From sequence record MN445185.1: 64,000 nt of DNA. The stretch is one strand, 5' to 3'. The notes below the pieces were generated by a model, which was not told the DNA's origin, searched no databases, and saw nothing but the letters and a program-made list of their open reading frames with translations. Both the position numbers and the translations under genes were made by a program. Within the stretch, counting starts at the first letter, position 1. Every line of letters begins with the position of its first letter. The stretch is from Escherichia phage vB_EcoM_EC001. Shown in pieces: positions 35,759 through 44,048 of this stretch.

Positions 35759-36577
35759 GTGATAAGACCAATTTTAAAATGGATGGGTGGTAAGAGTCGT
35801 GTACTGCCCGAGCTGCTACAGGTGTTTCCGGATGCTGAGTATTTCGTTGAACCTTTTGTGGGCGCAGGGTCAGTGTTTTTAAACACTAAATACCCGAACT
35901 ATATTCTCGGCGACACGAACCCGGACTTAATCGAGTTACTGACCATGGCGCGCGATCGTCCGGAAGCGCTGATTCTGGAAGCAAAGGCGCTCTTTGCAAA
36001 TGGGACGGACCGCGGTCTGTACATGAAACGGCGTGAGGAATTTAACAGCGAGACAACCACGGGGAAACCTAATCTCCAGCGCGCCGCGATGTTCCTGTAT
36101 CTTACACGTCATGGTTACAATGGTTTGTGCAGATACAATCAGTCGGGTGGGTTTAACGTGCCCTATGGTCAACACCCGAACGGTGTCTATTTCCCTGAAG
36201 AGGAAATTCTGGCGTGGGCAAAACGTTGTTCGGAAACCAACGTCGAGCTGCTCTGCGCGGACTTCCGCGATATCCTAAATAAATGCCCATCTAACGCTGT
36301 GATATACGCTGACCCGCCCTATATCCCTCTTTCGGATACGGCTAAACACGCGCAGTATCACAGCAAAGAATTTTCACAAGCTGACCACCGCGAGTTAGCG
36401 AAACTTTTAAAACAACAAGCTGCCGATGGCAATAAGGTCGTTCTGTCAAACGCAGATACGTTACTCACACGCGATATTTATTACGGCTTTACTTGGCGCG
36501 AAGTTCAGGTAGGTCGATATATGTCTGCGGATGCGAATAAGCGTAAAGCGGTGACGGAGCTAATCGGCACCTTATAA
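35759..36577 (+). CDS. dam: DNA adenine methyltransferase (Dam family, expected GATC specificity)
   Basis: ILKWMGGK vs E. coli Dam FLKWAGGK; FVEPFVGAGSVFLN identical block; catalytic DPPY; LYLTRHGYNGLCRYN vs LFLYLNRYGYNGLCRYN. Confidence 0.85.
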   Translation: MIRPILKWMGGKSRVLPELLQVFPDAEYFVEPFVGAGSVFLNTKYPNYILGDTNPDLIELLTMARDRPEALILEAKALFANGTDRGLYMKRREEFNSETTTGKPNLQRAAMFLYLTRHGYNGLCRYNQSGGFNVPYGQHPNGVYFPEEEILAWAKRCSETNVELLCADFRDILNKCPSNAVIYADPPYIPLSDTAKHAQYHSKEFSQADHRELAKLLKQQAADGNKVVLSNADTLLTRDIYYGFTWREVQVGRYMSADANKRKAVTELIGTL

Positions 36578-36586
36578 GGTACCAAC

Positions 36587-37390
36587 ATGCAACTATTTAA
36601 TCTATACGGTATGGACAAAAATGACCTGACCGTAGAGTTTAGTGGTCGATTGACCACCTTGGGGCAACTCCGTGAACGGATTCAAGATTTGCGACCCGTC
36701 GCAGACCAAGAAGACGATCATTGGTTAGTGTTGAGCAATAGCGGTCGTGCGCAAATGTATTTTCGTGGATGTCGTTCAGGTATTGTTTACTACATCTACG
36801 AGTTGCACGTGCTTTCCGAGCCCCTGTTCCACGAGTGGAAGCGTTTAACGCGACTCCTGGAAGTGCAGATGCTCGATATTACCTGCTTTCCGCATGACAC
36901 TGAGCACGCAGCACTATACCAGCGCCTGGGGTTCGAAGCTGTAACGAAGCGTGTGGAGATTACTGTCAGTCCGAAATACGGCTTTACGTCAGACCCATCA
37001 GTTGTCCCGTTGGAGACATTGTCATTAGAACAAACCCAGGATGTTTGCTATCTGATGCGACCTACGCTAAAAGACGCAGGAACGCGTGAGATGTTGGGTG
37101 AATTAGCAAATGGTTTTGTCTCTGCGTTCGTGGGGTTGCACGGCCAGAAACCGTTTTCATTAATGCTTTATAAGGAATTCCCGAAGTGCATCATTACTGA
37201 GCAATTCTGCTGCCAAACTTTTGACCCGGTTGCTTACTCGGTAGAGTTTCTAAAACACTACCACGCTATTTTGCATTTGGCGGGACAGAAAGGTAAGAAG
37301 GTCAACATGGGTGTTGCGATAGAGCACGAGTTTCCTTCTATCGAAGGGTTAGAGTATCGTGTAATCACGCACCACTACACCCTTGCGTAA
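36587..37390 (+). CDS. hypothetical protein (weak GNAT-like motif)
   Basis: 267-aa ORF; HAALYQRLGFEAV resembles GNAT motif B only. Confidence 0.5.
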   Translation: MQLFNLYGMDKNDLTVEFSGRLTTLGQLRERIQDLRPVADQEDDHWLVLSNSGRAQMYFRGCRSGIVYYIYELHVLSEPLFHEWKRLTRLLEVQMLDITCFPHDTEHAALYQRLGFEAVTKRVEITVSPKYGFTSDPSVVPLETLSLEQTQDVCYLMRPTLKDAGTREMLGELANGFVSAFVGLHGQKPFSLMLYKEFPKCIITEQFCCQTFDPVAYSVEFLKHYHAILHLAGQKGKKVNMGVAIEHEFPSIEGLEYRVITHHYTLA

Positions 37391-37399
37391 GGAGAGAAT

Positions 37400-38212
37400 A
37401 TGCTGAGAGTTATCGAACGCACGGAGAGGATTCTGGACCGAACGTGGTTGGAAGACCGTAAGGCGTTATCGTTGTTAAATGATATCGATCCTTCCACGTT
37501 ACAAGATGAACGTCGTCTTTACTACCGAATCTTTGAAGTGTTCAGTCGGGACACGGTTGAGCCTGACGCGATCGTGCTCTGTCTGGACCACGGATACATG
37601 TTAGAAGTTATCAATATGGTTCGTGCTTTAGACGCCCAGTTAACCTCGCTTGCGGATTCCTTACTTCGTGCAGCTGGGCGTAACTACGCGATGCATTTTA
37701 CTCGTTCTGAAGGGGACGAATATGCACGCATGGGCTTTTGTTGCGAAACGATAAACTACCGCAAAATTAATACATTGGTGCCTAGCCACGATGAGGATTT
37801 CTGTGGGGATGTCAGTTCGTTGTTCGATAGTAAGAAAGCGTTCTTGGATTGGGTTAGAATGCTTTACGGTAAAAGCTCTATCTACTCAACGCTCGTTACG
37901 GGCGGGAGGCTGATGTCGTGGCGAAACGCTGATAGCTACAAGTTGACAGTGCTTTCGCACCGTGGGCATCGCTGGGTTATCGGTGGATGGTTTACCGCAG
38001 AAGGGGTGGTTACTCTAAGCCGAGAGGAGTTCGGGCTGTTGATGCACTGTATCCAGTCTGAATTACCAGTGGGGGATGAACTGATTTACACCTACCACCA
38101 ATATACTGGGGGGCCTGCCGCAATGTGGTTATTAGAAAACGGTTGGCTACCCGAAAGTTATGTCTACGGACGTGCCCTGAAAACTACTAATGGAGAAAAT
38201 AATGCAAATTAA
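37400..38212 (+). CDS. hypothetical protein
   Basis: GGAGAG ribosome-binding site; 270 aa. Confidence 0.55.
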   Translation: MLRVIERTERILDRTWLEDRKALSLLNDIDPSTLQDERRLYYRIFEVFSRDTVEPDAIVLCLDHGYMLEVINMVRALDAQLTSLADSLLRAAGRNYAMHFTRSEGDEYARMGFCCETINYRKINTLVPSHDEDFCGDVSSLFDSKKAFLDWVRMLYGKSSIYSTLVTGGRLMSWRNADSYKLTVLSHRGHRWVIGGWFTAEGVVTLSREEFGLLMHCIQSELPVGDELIYTYHQYTGGPAAMWLLENGWLPESYVYGRALKTTNGENNAN

Positions 38213-38480
38213 TCGTACAGTGTCGAAGTCTAAAGAAGTCGTTTACAACGTTGAAGACGGTGATGTAATGCAGTTCCGTGCCGTTATTGACGAACAGCAC
38301 GTACTCCAAGTTGTTTATTCGAAAGAAGAGATGACTCGTGCACATAGTCGCGTGTTGGAAAAACTCGTCGCGAAAGCCAAACAGCGCGACGGTATTAAAT
38401 CCTACAACGTCATGTACGGTTATCAGTTACGTGAGGTGGAAGGGGAGCTGTTAATCACCCCTGTTCCGGTAACGGCATAA
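38202..38480 (+). CDS. hypothetical small protein
   Basis: GGAG 6 nt upstream of ATG 38202. Confidence 0.5.
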   Translation: MQINRTVSKSKEVVYNVEDGDVMQFRAVIDEQHVLQVVYSKEEMTRAHSRVLEKLVAKAKQRDGIKSYNVMYGYQLREVEGELLITPVPVTA

Positions 38481-38520
38481 TTCGCCATTGTATGACCCTT
38501 AAATACCGTTGAGGTTAACT

Positions 38521-39003
38521 ATGGATATGATCGAATTAGGTCAGCTCCCTCAGCACGATTTTGATTTAGGCGTGCGTCATGAGGAAGGGGCCGACGCGAA
38601 CACACTAATGGCCCGCTACTACGAGCTACTGACCGGTCAACCGTTGGACGATGAACACATCAACCGTTTTGAAAAACTGTTGGCACAACTCATCACCTCT
38701 AACGCAGAACGCATTGGCATGTTAAACGAAATGAACTTTGCTGATGTGGAGCCGTCTGACGCTCAGAAGATTCTTATCGATGGTCCTGTACCAAGCGATG
38801 AGGTACAAGACCTTCTGGCAGGTATCCGTGCAGGCTTCGATGAAGCTGCTGAGAAATACGCGGAAGAGCTGGCAGATGTCGATTTGGCTGCGCCGGTTGA
38901 CCCGAATCCGTCTGCAGAGGAGACTGCAGCTGCGAAATTGAAACTCGCACGCTTTATCTGTGCTGCTGTCCTGACAGACGACCGCGAAGAAAACCAACTG
39001 TAA
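38521..39003 (+). CDS. highly acidic protein (160 aa)
   Basis: GAGGT ribosome-binding site; Asp/Glu-rich throughout. Confidence 0.55.
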   Translation: MDMIELGQLPQHDFDLGVRHEEGADANTLMARYYELLTGQPLDDEHINRFEKLLAQLITSNAERIGMLNEMNFADVEPSDAQKILIDGPVPSDEVQDLLAGIRAGFDEAAEKYAEELADVDLAAPVDPNPSAEETAAAKLKLARFICAAVLTDDREENQL

Positions 39004-39008
39004 GGTCT

Positions 39009-39046
39009 ACCTCCTTGCCCATGGGTAAGGAGGTCCCTTTTTATTT
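39009..39046 (+). terminator. rho-independent terminator
   Basis: ACCTCCTT...AAGGAGGT stem then CCCTTTTTATTT. Confidence 0.75.
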
Positions 39047-39099
39047 ACATCAGTCCACTAACTTATGTGAAACAACCCACGTAATGAGGAATTAAGAGA

Positions 39100-39417
39100 A
39101 TGTGGTTAAGTGCTATTCATCGTGACCTGCCAAAACGTGAAGTGACTCTTTCTGTCGATGCGGAACCGATTACCGTTGGTGTCGCAAACTTCGACCGTAT
39201 GGAAGAAGGACAGTATGTCGTGGTGGACAACGATGAAAACGAATTCATGTTATTCCATCCCGAAGTTGATGCGTCTGAAATCCGCGAGGGTTCTATCTTG
39301 TTTTCTTGGCAAGACAAAGAAACTAAACAGTGGATGTGGTGCGTTGCTAACACAACCAATGAAAAAGGTACCGCGTATGCCCCAGGACAGCTTCATGTCG
39401 AACCTAAACCCCATTGA
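39100..39417 (+). CDS. hypothetical small protein
   Basis: 105-aa ORF. Confidence 0.5.
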   Translation: MWLSAIHRDLPKREVTLSVDAEPITVGVANFDRMEEGQYVVVDNDENEFMLFHPEVDASEIREGSILFSWQDKETKQWMWCVANTTNEKGTAYAPGQLHVEPKPH

Positions 39418-39709
39418 GCCCACGCTGACGCACCAGGAACTGCACGTCCGTTTTATTCGGGCGTTCACACCCCCGTTAGGTGGTGAGGTACACGATCGTT
39501 CCGTGGTTGCAGAAGTTAAAGGTATCGGCGAAGAACTAATGACACTGTCTAATATTGTGACGGGTGTTGAGTTCACGTTACCGTTAAACGTATTTCGGTT
39601 TATTCCGCGCGTAAACGAAACGCTGCTCATCGACCGTGTACATCATCGGATTATGGCGCAGGTACATCCTAGCCGTAAAGAGTATGTGCGCTTAGAGATG
39701 ATGGTCTAA
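39377..39709 (+). CDS. hypothetical small protein (start uncertain; 39395 also possible)
   Basis: 3' part of ORF-track ORF 39158-39709 that does not overlap the 39100-39417 gene. Confidence 0.35.
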   Translation: MPQDSFMSNLNPIEPTLTHQELHVRFIRAFTPPLGGEVHDRSVVAEVKGIGEELMTLSNIVTGVEFTLPLNVFRFIPRVNETLLIDRVHHRIMAQVHPSRKEYVRLEMMV

Positions 39710-39716
39710 CGCACGA

Positions 39717-39745
39717 CTTTTCAGATAGATGTTATTTTACTGAAC
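39717..39745 (+). promoter_or_regulatory. conserved promoter-like element, variant B
   Basis: TTTTCAGATAGATGTTATTTTACTGAACC; near-identical to 48116 copy. Confidence 0.5.
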
Positions 39746-39771
39746 CTAACTGTAAAGAAAGGAAAAAGTAG

Positions 39772-40077
39772 ATGGCTAAACAATACATAATTGTTAAACG
39801 CGCAGGTACGACTCTGCTGTACGTGGAGAAAGGTTGTGAGAACACTGCAACCGCCAAGAAACTGAATCTGCAAGGGTTTCTGTATCAAGGTCTCCGCGCG
39901 GGTTTGACCATCACTTTTAAAGGCTTACCACAGGCGAAGAATCTGCGCGTCGTACGTGCAGACGGTGTAGAGCGTGCCTTGGTAGCCGACACCCCGGTTG
40001 ATACTATCCCTGCCAGTAAGAAGGCAGCGAAAGCAACCAAGAAAGTCGACGATAAACGCAAACGCGTTGTCGCTTAA
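39772..40077 (+). CDS. small basic protein with Lys-rich C-terminal tail
   Basis: C-terminus SKKAAKATKKVDDKRKRVVA. Confidence 0.5.
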   Translation: MAKQYIIVKRAGTTLLYVEKGCENTATAKKLNLQGFLYQGLRAGLTITFKGLPQAKNLRVVRADGVERALVADTPVDTIPASKKAAKATKKVDDKRKRVVA

Positions 40078-40083
40078 GTAGTC

Positions 40084-40123
40084 CCCTACCTAACTTCGGT
40101 TAGGTAGGGTTCTTTTTATTTTT
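40084..40123 (+). terminator. rho-independent terminator (UUCG loop)
   Basis: CCCTACCTAAC-TTCG-GTTAGGTAGGG then T-run. Confidence 0.85.
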
Positions 40124-40143
40124 AACCCTCTGAGGGATATACC

Positions 40144-40596
40144 GTGTTTCAATGTTCAGTCGTCAATGATGCGGAATTGGCCGTGTACAAGCAGCGCACA
40201 ATCCGGGCGCTGGATGCTGAAAAACCAGTCGATGTTAAAACGCGTGCAATCATTAGGGCATTTAGCGAATGGCCGAACATCGCAACCGTTTGGGCATTCA
40301 CGGGAGAAGTTCGCAAAGACGGAGACAAGCTTCGTACACGTAGACACCACAGCTTAACATTTGTGGCAACCGAGGCGGGTCTTAAAGACATTAACCATTT
40401 ATTAGAAGGATGGCAGCCGCACGAGTACGGGAAACGTTTTCAGTTAAACTTTACTTGGCTGCGTCAAGAAGGCAATGCGAATCTCTGTTATCCAAGCTGG
40501 ACGTTTAGACTCAACTATCGACCCGACCCAGATGTGGTGGAAAGTGTGATGGAGCACTGGCTCGCACTCGCAATTTTTACAGAACACAACCATTAA
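40144..40596 (+). CDS. hypothetical protein (possible paralogue of next gene)
   Basis: GTG start after GAGGGA; SEWPNIATVWAFTG resembles SYPGATTMWSCHG of the 40625 product. Confidence 0.45.
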   Translation: MFQCSVVNDAELAVYKQRTIRALDAEKPVDVKTRAIIRAFSEWPNIATVWAFTGEVRKDGDKLRTRRHHSLTFVATEAGLKDINHLLEGWQPHEYGKRFQLNFTWLRQEGNANLCYPSWTFRLNYRPDPDVVESVMEHWLALAIFTEHNH

Positions 40597-40624
40597 ATGA
40601 AGACACCCTTAAGGAGAATTAAAG

Positions 40625-41095
40625 ATGCCAGTTTTATACGGCGGCGTGGACCTGGATGTTCTGGGTCGGTTTAAACTACGAACGTCTAAGGCGCTCGTAA
40701 ACGGTTGGGTTGAGAAAGGCGTACGGGATGCGTGTGAGGTCATTTGTAGTTATCCTGGTGCCACGACAATGTGGTCGTGTCATGGACACGGACCATATTC
40801 TAAAAAGAACACACCGGGGGAATTTCATGTGGTGTTCGTTCTTGGCATCGGCTTTGAACACAAAGCACATGAGCTTGTCGCTGAGTTAATGAAAGCGGAT
40901 ATTCCGCCACTGTGGGATTTGTGCATGGCGAGACTCTTGTACCCTGATGAGGATTTCGTCTACGACCTCAGCGAGATCACCCTGAAGAACACGTATAACG
41001 CATGGAAAATAACGTATCGGCATCTGCATACCGAACAAACTCTTCGCGAAATTCGTAAAGTATTCCACACTGTCTGTAAAAAGGTTTTTAACTAA
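40625..41095 (+). CDS. hypothetical protein
   Basis: AAGGAG ribosome-binding site; 156 aa. Confidence 0.55.
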   Translation: MPVLYGGVDLDVLGRFKLRTSKALVNGWVEKGVRDACEVICSYPGATTMWSCHGHGPYSKKNTPGEFHVVFVLGIGFEHKAHELVAELMKADIPPLWDLCMARLLYPDEDFVYDLSEITLKNTYNAWKITYRHLHTEQTLREIRKVFHTVCKKVFN

Positions 41096-41793
41096 TGGCT
41101 AAGCAAAAGAAACCCCGTAACAAAAAGTATAACCCAAAAGCTGCTACAGAGCGTACAGCGCACACCATCGCTGAAAACGCGCTGAACCGCATCACCTTTA
41201 TTGGCAGCTCCATTCGTCGCCTCGGACCGTACGCGGGCCGTGGTTTTCACTTTACGGCAAGTCCTCGTATTCGTGCTATCGCCACAGATATGTTAGTCGG
41301 TGGGCTGTTCGACCAACCGCGACCATGGCATCTTTGGGTGATGCACCTCACTGAACTCGACACCGGTGAAATTGTAACAGAAACCGCAGTTGCCACACTT
41401 GACGATTATACTTTGGCGGACTTCTGTGAACACGCTGAGAAGTTAGTTAAATCGCTACGTCCTGAACAGGAAGAAGGGAAATATTTCGGTTATGCGTTTG
41501 TGGCCGCCCCGAACGAGCGGTACGACTTCAAAGCGGAAGAAGACCAACTCATTGAAAACTTCATGCATTCTGGACTACTTGATACGTCGTTACATCTGTC
41601 GGAAGAACAACAGTTCGTTAGTCGTGCAGAAATGGCCAACCTGCTCGTTGGTTATACTCGGAAGTTTGACGTGACCGTTGAACACGTCAAAGAAGTACCA
41701 GAGATTGTGAGCAAGAAAGACGAGGTGGTGCTTCCGGTTGACGAGGTTGTCAGTAAAGTAGCGACTGCGATAGGGGCAACGGGGGATTACTGA
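41095..41793 (+). CDS. hypothetical protein
   Basis: 232-aa ORF, start overlaps upstream stop. Confidence 0.55.
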   Translation: MAKQKKPRNKKYNPKAATERTAHTIAENALNRITFIGSSIRRLGPYAGRGFHFTASPRIRAIATDMLVGGLFDQPRPWHLWVMHLTELDTGEIVTETAVATLDDYTLADFCEHAEKLVKSLRPEQEEGKYFGYAFVAAPNERYDFKAEEDQLIENFMHSGLLDTSLHLSEEQQFVSRAEMANLLVGYTRKFDVTVEHVKEVPEIVSKKDEVVLPVDEVVSKVATAIGATGDY

Positions 41794-42002
41794 TGAATCT
41801 ACGTTGGCCGATCGCGGCTGCTGTGTTGTTTTGTATTTATATCGCCATCAGCACCAGTACCCGCACTGCAGAACGTCGCGAGACCGCAACCAGTACGTTT
41901 AGGATGTGCATTGACCGCGTAGACCCGAACAGTACCACTTATCCTGACGCGGTGAACGCGTGTCGCAAAGCGGTTGCTGAGATATTGAAAGAGGAAAAAT
42001 AA
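41793..42002 (+). CDS. small membrane protein
   Basis: hydrophobic N-terminus WPIAAAVLFCIYIAIST. Confidence 0.45.
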   Translation: MNLRWPIAAAVLFCIYIAISTSTRTAERRETATSTFRMCIDRVDPNSTTYPDAVNACRKAVAEILKEEK

Positions 42003-42229
42003 TGGAAAACCTTACGCCGATTGAGATAGTGGCGCTATTCGACCGTTACGTATACGGACAAACGCAGGCAAAGAAAATGCTGGCGATTGCGCTACGTAAT
42101 CGATATCGTGCCAATAAACTCAACGTAGTGGACCGTATGTCGGTCCACAAACAGAACCTTTTAATAGAAGGTCCAACAGGCACGGGTAAAACGGCGTTGA
42201 TGCGTGAAGAAAAACAGAAACAAAAGTGA
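42002..42229 (+). CDS. truncated HslU (ClpY)-like AAA+ ATPase N-terminal fragment, 75 aa, ending just after Walker A
   Basis: gap-free manual alignment to E. coli HslU residues 1-70 gives about 33/70 identities, including GQ..AK, AIALRNR and GPTG.GKT; no Walker B or later motifs follow; own AGAGGA ribosome-binding site. Confidence 0.7.
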   Translation: MENLTPIEIVALFDRYVYGQTQAKKMLAIALRNRYRANKLNVVDRMSVHKQNLLIEGPTGTGKTALMREEKQKQK

Positions 42230-42237
42230 GGTAAAGG

Positions 42238-43245
42238 ATGGCGAAGCTCGTTTCGTTTTCAGCAGGGTTGGATTCCACCTGGATAATGTATCAGCTGCTA
42301 TGCAAAGCACCGGCCAATGAAGCACGACATGTCCGTCCTGCGTATTTCTCCATGTGGAATGGAGGTAACGCGAACTTCATGGAAATTCTTTGTAGCGTGG
42401 CCATTGTTGAACGGTTGATGGATAGACACCATGCACAAACCGAACATGTTACATGGGCGGTGCTCGGGGAAGAGAACTTCCAGCCTGTCGTTACCGCTGG
42501 ATATGCTAACGGCTGGTCGCCTCTGGTTCAGCAGGGCAATGTTGTTAACGGTCTCGCTAAACTGATGTGTGGTATTACGCGCAAACAGCACCACGCCTAT
42601 GCAGTTGTTGGTTGGAATAAGCTAGATGCGTTGGAGAATAGTCTAGAGCTGGGAGATTGGACATTAGACGAGTACGCTCGCTTAAAGAACCTCTATAGCG
42701 AATTGATGTATTTCCAAGATCATGCCGGTCGCGTTCCACCGCTTCTAACACCTGCGTGGGATAAAGAGAAACTGGAAATGTGGCAGGAGTTGCCGGAAGA
42801 TATTCGTAGGTTGGTACAGGTCAGTAACAACAACAACTACGAATTCGCGATAGACCGTGAGAATAACGTGCTCATCGTTTATGCCCATCCGTCGGCAAAG
42901 TCGCAGAATTATCGTAGTCTTGGTATTACACCGTCAGTGGGATGGGAGATTAAAATCAACGATGCTTACAGACGGGTATGGTGTTCTGCTCTCGGTAGTG
43001 CTATTTCTGCTATGGGTTTGGGCGTACCGGCTTTTGCTAACTTTAAGGACCCGGAAAGAAACCACACGACCTTTACGGTAAGTGAAGATACTAACCGGTT
43101 ATGTATCACATCGTTTACCGCGGAAGAGTGGTGCGCGTATGCGCCACATTTTAAAGCGCTTCAGGAGAAAGAAAAAGAGATAGCGAAAAATGCCAAAGCA
43201 AGTAAAGCTGTGGACGCTCCAACTGGCGAAGTGGCGGATAGCTGA
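42238..43245 (+). CDS. PP-loop ATP pyrophosphatase-like protein (tentative)
   Basis: N-terminal SFSAGLDST resembles SGGxDS PP-loop; AAGG ribosome-binding site. Confidence 0.35.
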   Translation: MAKLVSFSAGLDSTWIMYQLLCKAPANEARHVRPAYFSMWNGGNANFMEILCSVAIVERLMDRHHAQTEHVTWAVLGEENFQPVVTAGYANGWSPLVQQGNVVNGLAKLMCGITRKQHHAYAVVGWNKLDALENSLELGDWTLDEYARLKNLYSELMYFQDHAGRVPPLLTPAWDKEKLEMWQELPEDIRRLVQVSNNNNYEFAIDRENNVLIVYAHPSAKSQNYRSLGITPSVGWEIKINDAYRRVWCSALGSAISAMGLGVPAFANFKDPERNHTTFTVSEDTNRLCITSFTAEEWCAYAPHFKALQEKEKEIAKNAKASKAVDAPTGEVADS

Positions 43246-43573
43246 AAAACGGAATTTGCCAAAGCTGGATATAACGGTTAAGTCGGGGCTGAAATATTTG
43301 GCACCCGACTGGGACTTTCTGATGGACTACAAGAAGTCTGACAAAGGCCCCGACGCAGAAGCTGCGTATACCAAACGCTACCTGCAGAAACTTAGTCGGT
43401 TGTTTGATGAAGACACTGATAAGTTGATAGAGATTCTCCGCCAGGGCGAGGTCGTACTAATGTGCTATTGCCCACCGGGGAAATTCTGTCATCGCCACTT
43501 GCTAGTTTCTTACCTTATTGAAATCGGTGAGTGGTTCGGTTATGAAGTAATTTACATGGGCGAGTTATCGTAA
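43190..43573 (+). CDS. small protein with CxC...CHRH motif
   Basis: VLMCYCPPGKFCHRHLL; I weakly recall a similar Cys/His pattern in the DUF488 family; start uncertain because of 56-nt overlap. Confidence 0.35.
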   Translation: MPKQVKLWTLQLAKWRIAEKRNLPKLDITVKSGLKYLAPDWDFLMDYKKSDKGPDAEAAYTKRYLQKLSRLFDEDTDKLIEILRQGEVVLMCYCPPGKFCHRHLLVSYLIEIGEWFGYEVIYMGELS

Positions 43574-43584
43574 GGAGAGTCCTC

Positions 43585-43980
43585 GTGAAATTGATTATGC
43601 CTAAAACCGTTCCTAATCAGGATATGGTTACGACTACACTGTTTTCTGAATCATTACGCAACTCTGTACGTCAGACCGCTTCACGTCTAGACGTGGCAGT
43701 TGAAGAACTCGACCCAGAAGTCTTCATGAAGTATGCGTTTATTGCAGAAGGTTACGCGATCGCCCTGAGTTATGCGCGGTATGTCGATGACGTGACAGAA
43801 GCTAAACGTTATTTAGAAGGCTGTTGTCAAGTTTTCCGTGAAGAAATCACCGAGATGGAGATGGTTGACCGTGGCTTACCTGAATTTGTAAAGGTGGGTT
43901 ACGATAAGCTGTTGCAATCCATCGCGGATGAGATCAAACGTCGCGGGTTAACTGTTGTGCACAGTGCTACACTGCACTAA
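43585..43980 (+). CDS. hypothetical protein
   Basis: AGGAG then GTG; 131 aa. Confidence 0.5.
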   Translation: MKLIMPKTVPNQDMVTTTLFSESLRNSVRQTASRLDVAVEELDPEVFMKYAFIAEGYAIALSYARYVDDVTEAKRYLEGCCQVFREEITEMEMVDRGLPEFVKVGYDKLLQSIADEIKRRGLTVVHSATLH

Positions 43981-43994
43981 CAGCGTACGAGTAG

Positions 43995-44033
43995 GCTACC
44001 ACACGATCATATGTGTGGTAGCTTATTTTTTTG
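43995..44033 (+). terminator. rho-independent terminator
   Basis: GCTACCACAC...GTGTGGTAGC stem then TTATTTTTTTG. Confidence 0.8.
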
Positions 44034-44048
44034 TTTCTGGAGGCGTTA

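Noticed and set aside
39158-39709. 183-aa ORF as given in the ORF track
   Set aside because: Its 5' two-thirds overlaps the 39100-39417 gene in another frame; only the non-overlapping 3' part (from ATG 39377 or 39395) is reported.
42002-42229. Full-length functional HslU/ClpX-type ATPase
   Set aside because: The ORF ends 8 codons after Walker A and downstream frames contain no Walker B, sensor or arginine-finger motifs; only an N-terminal fragment is present.
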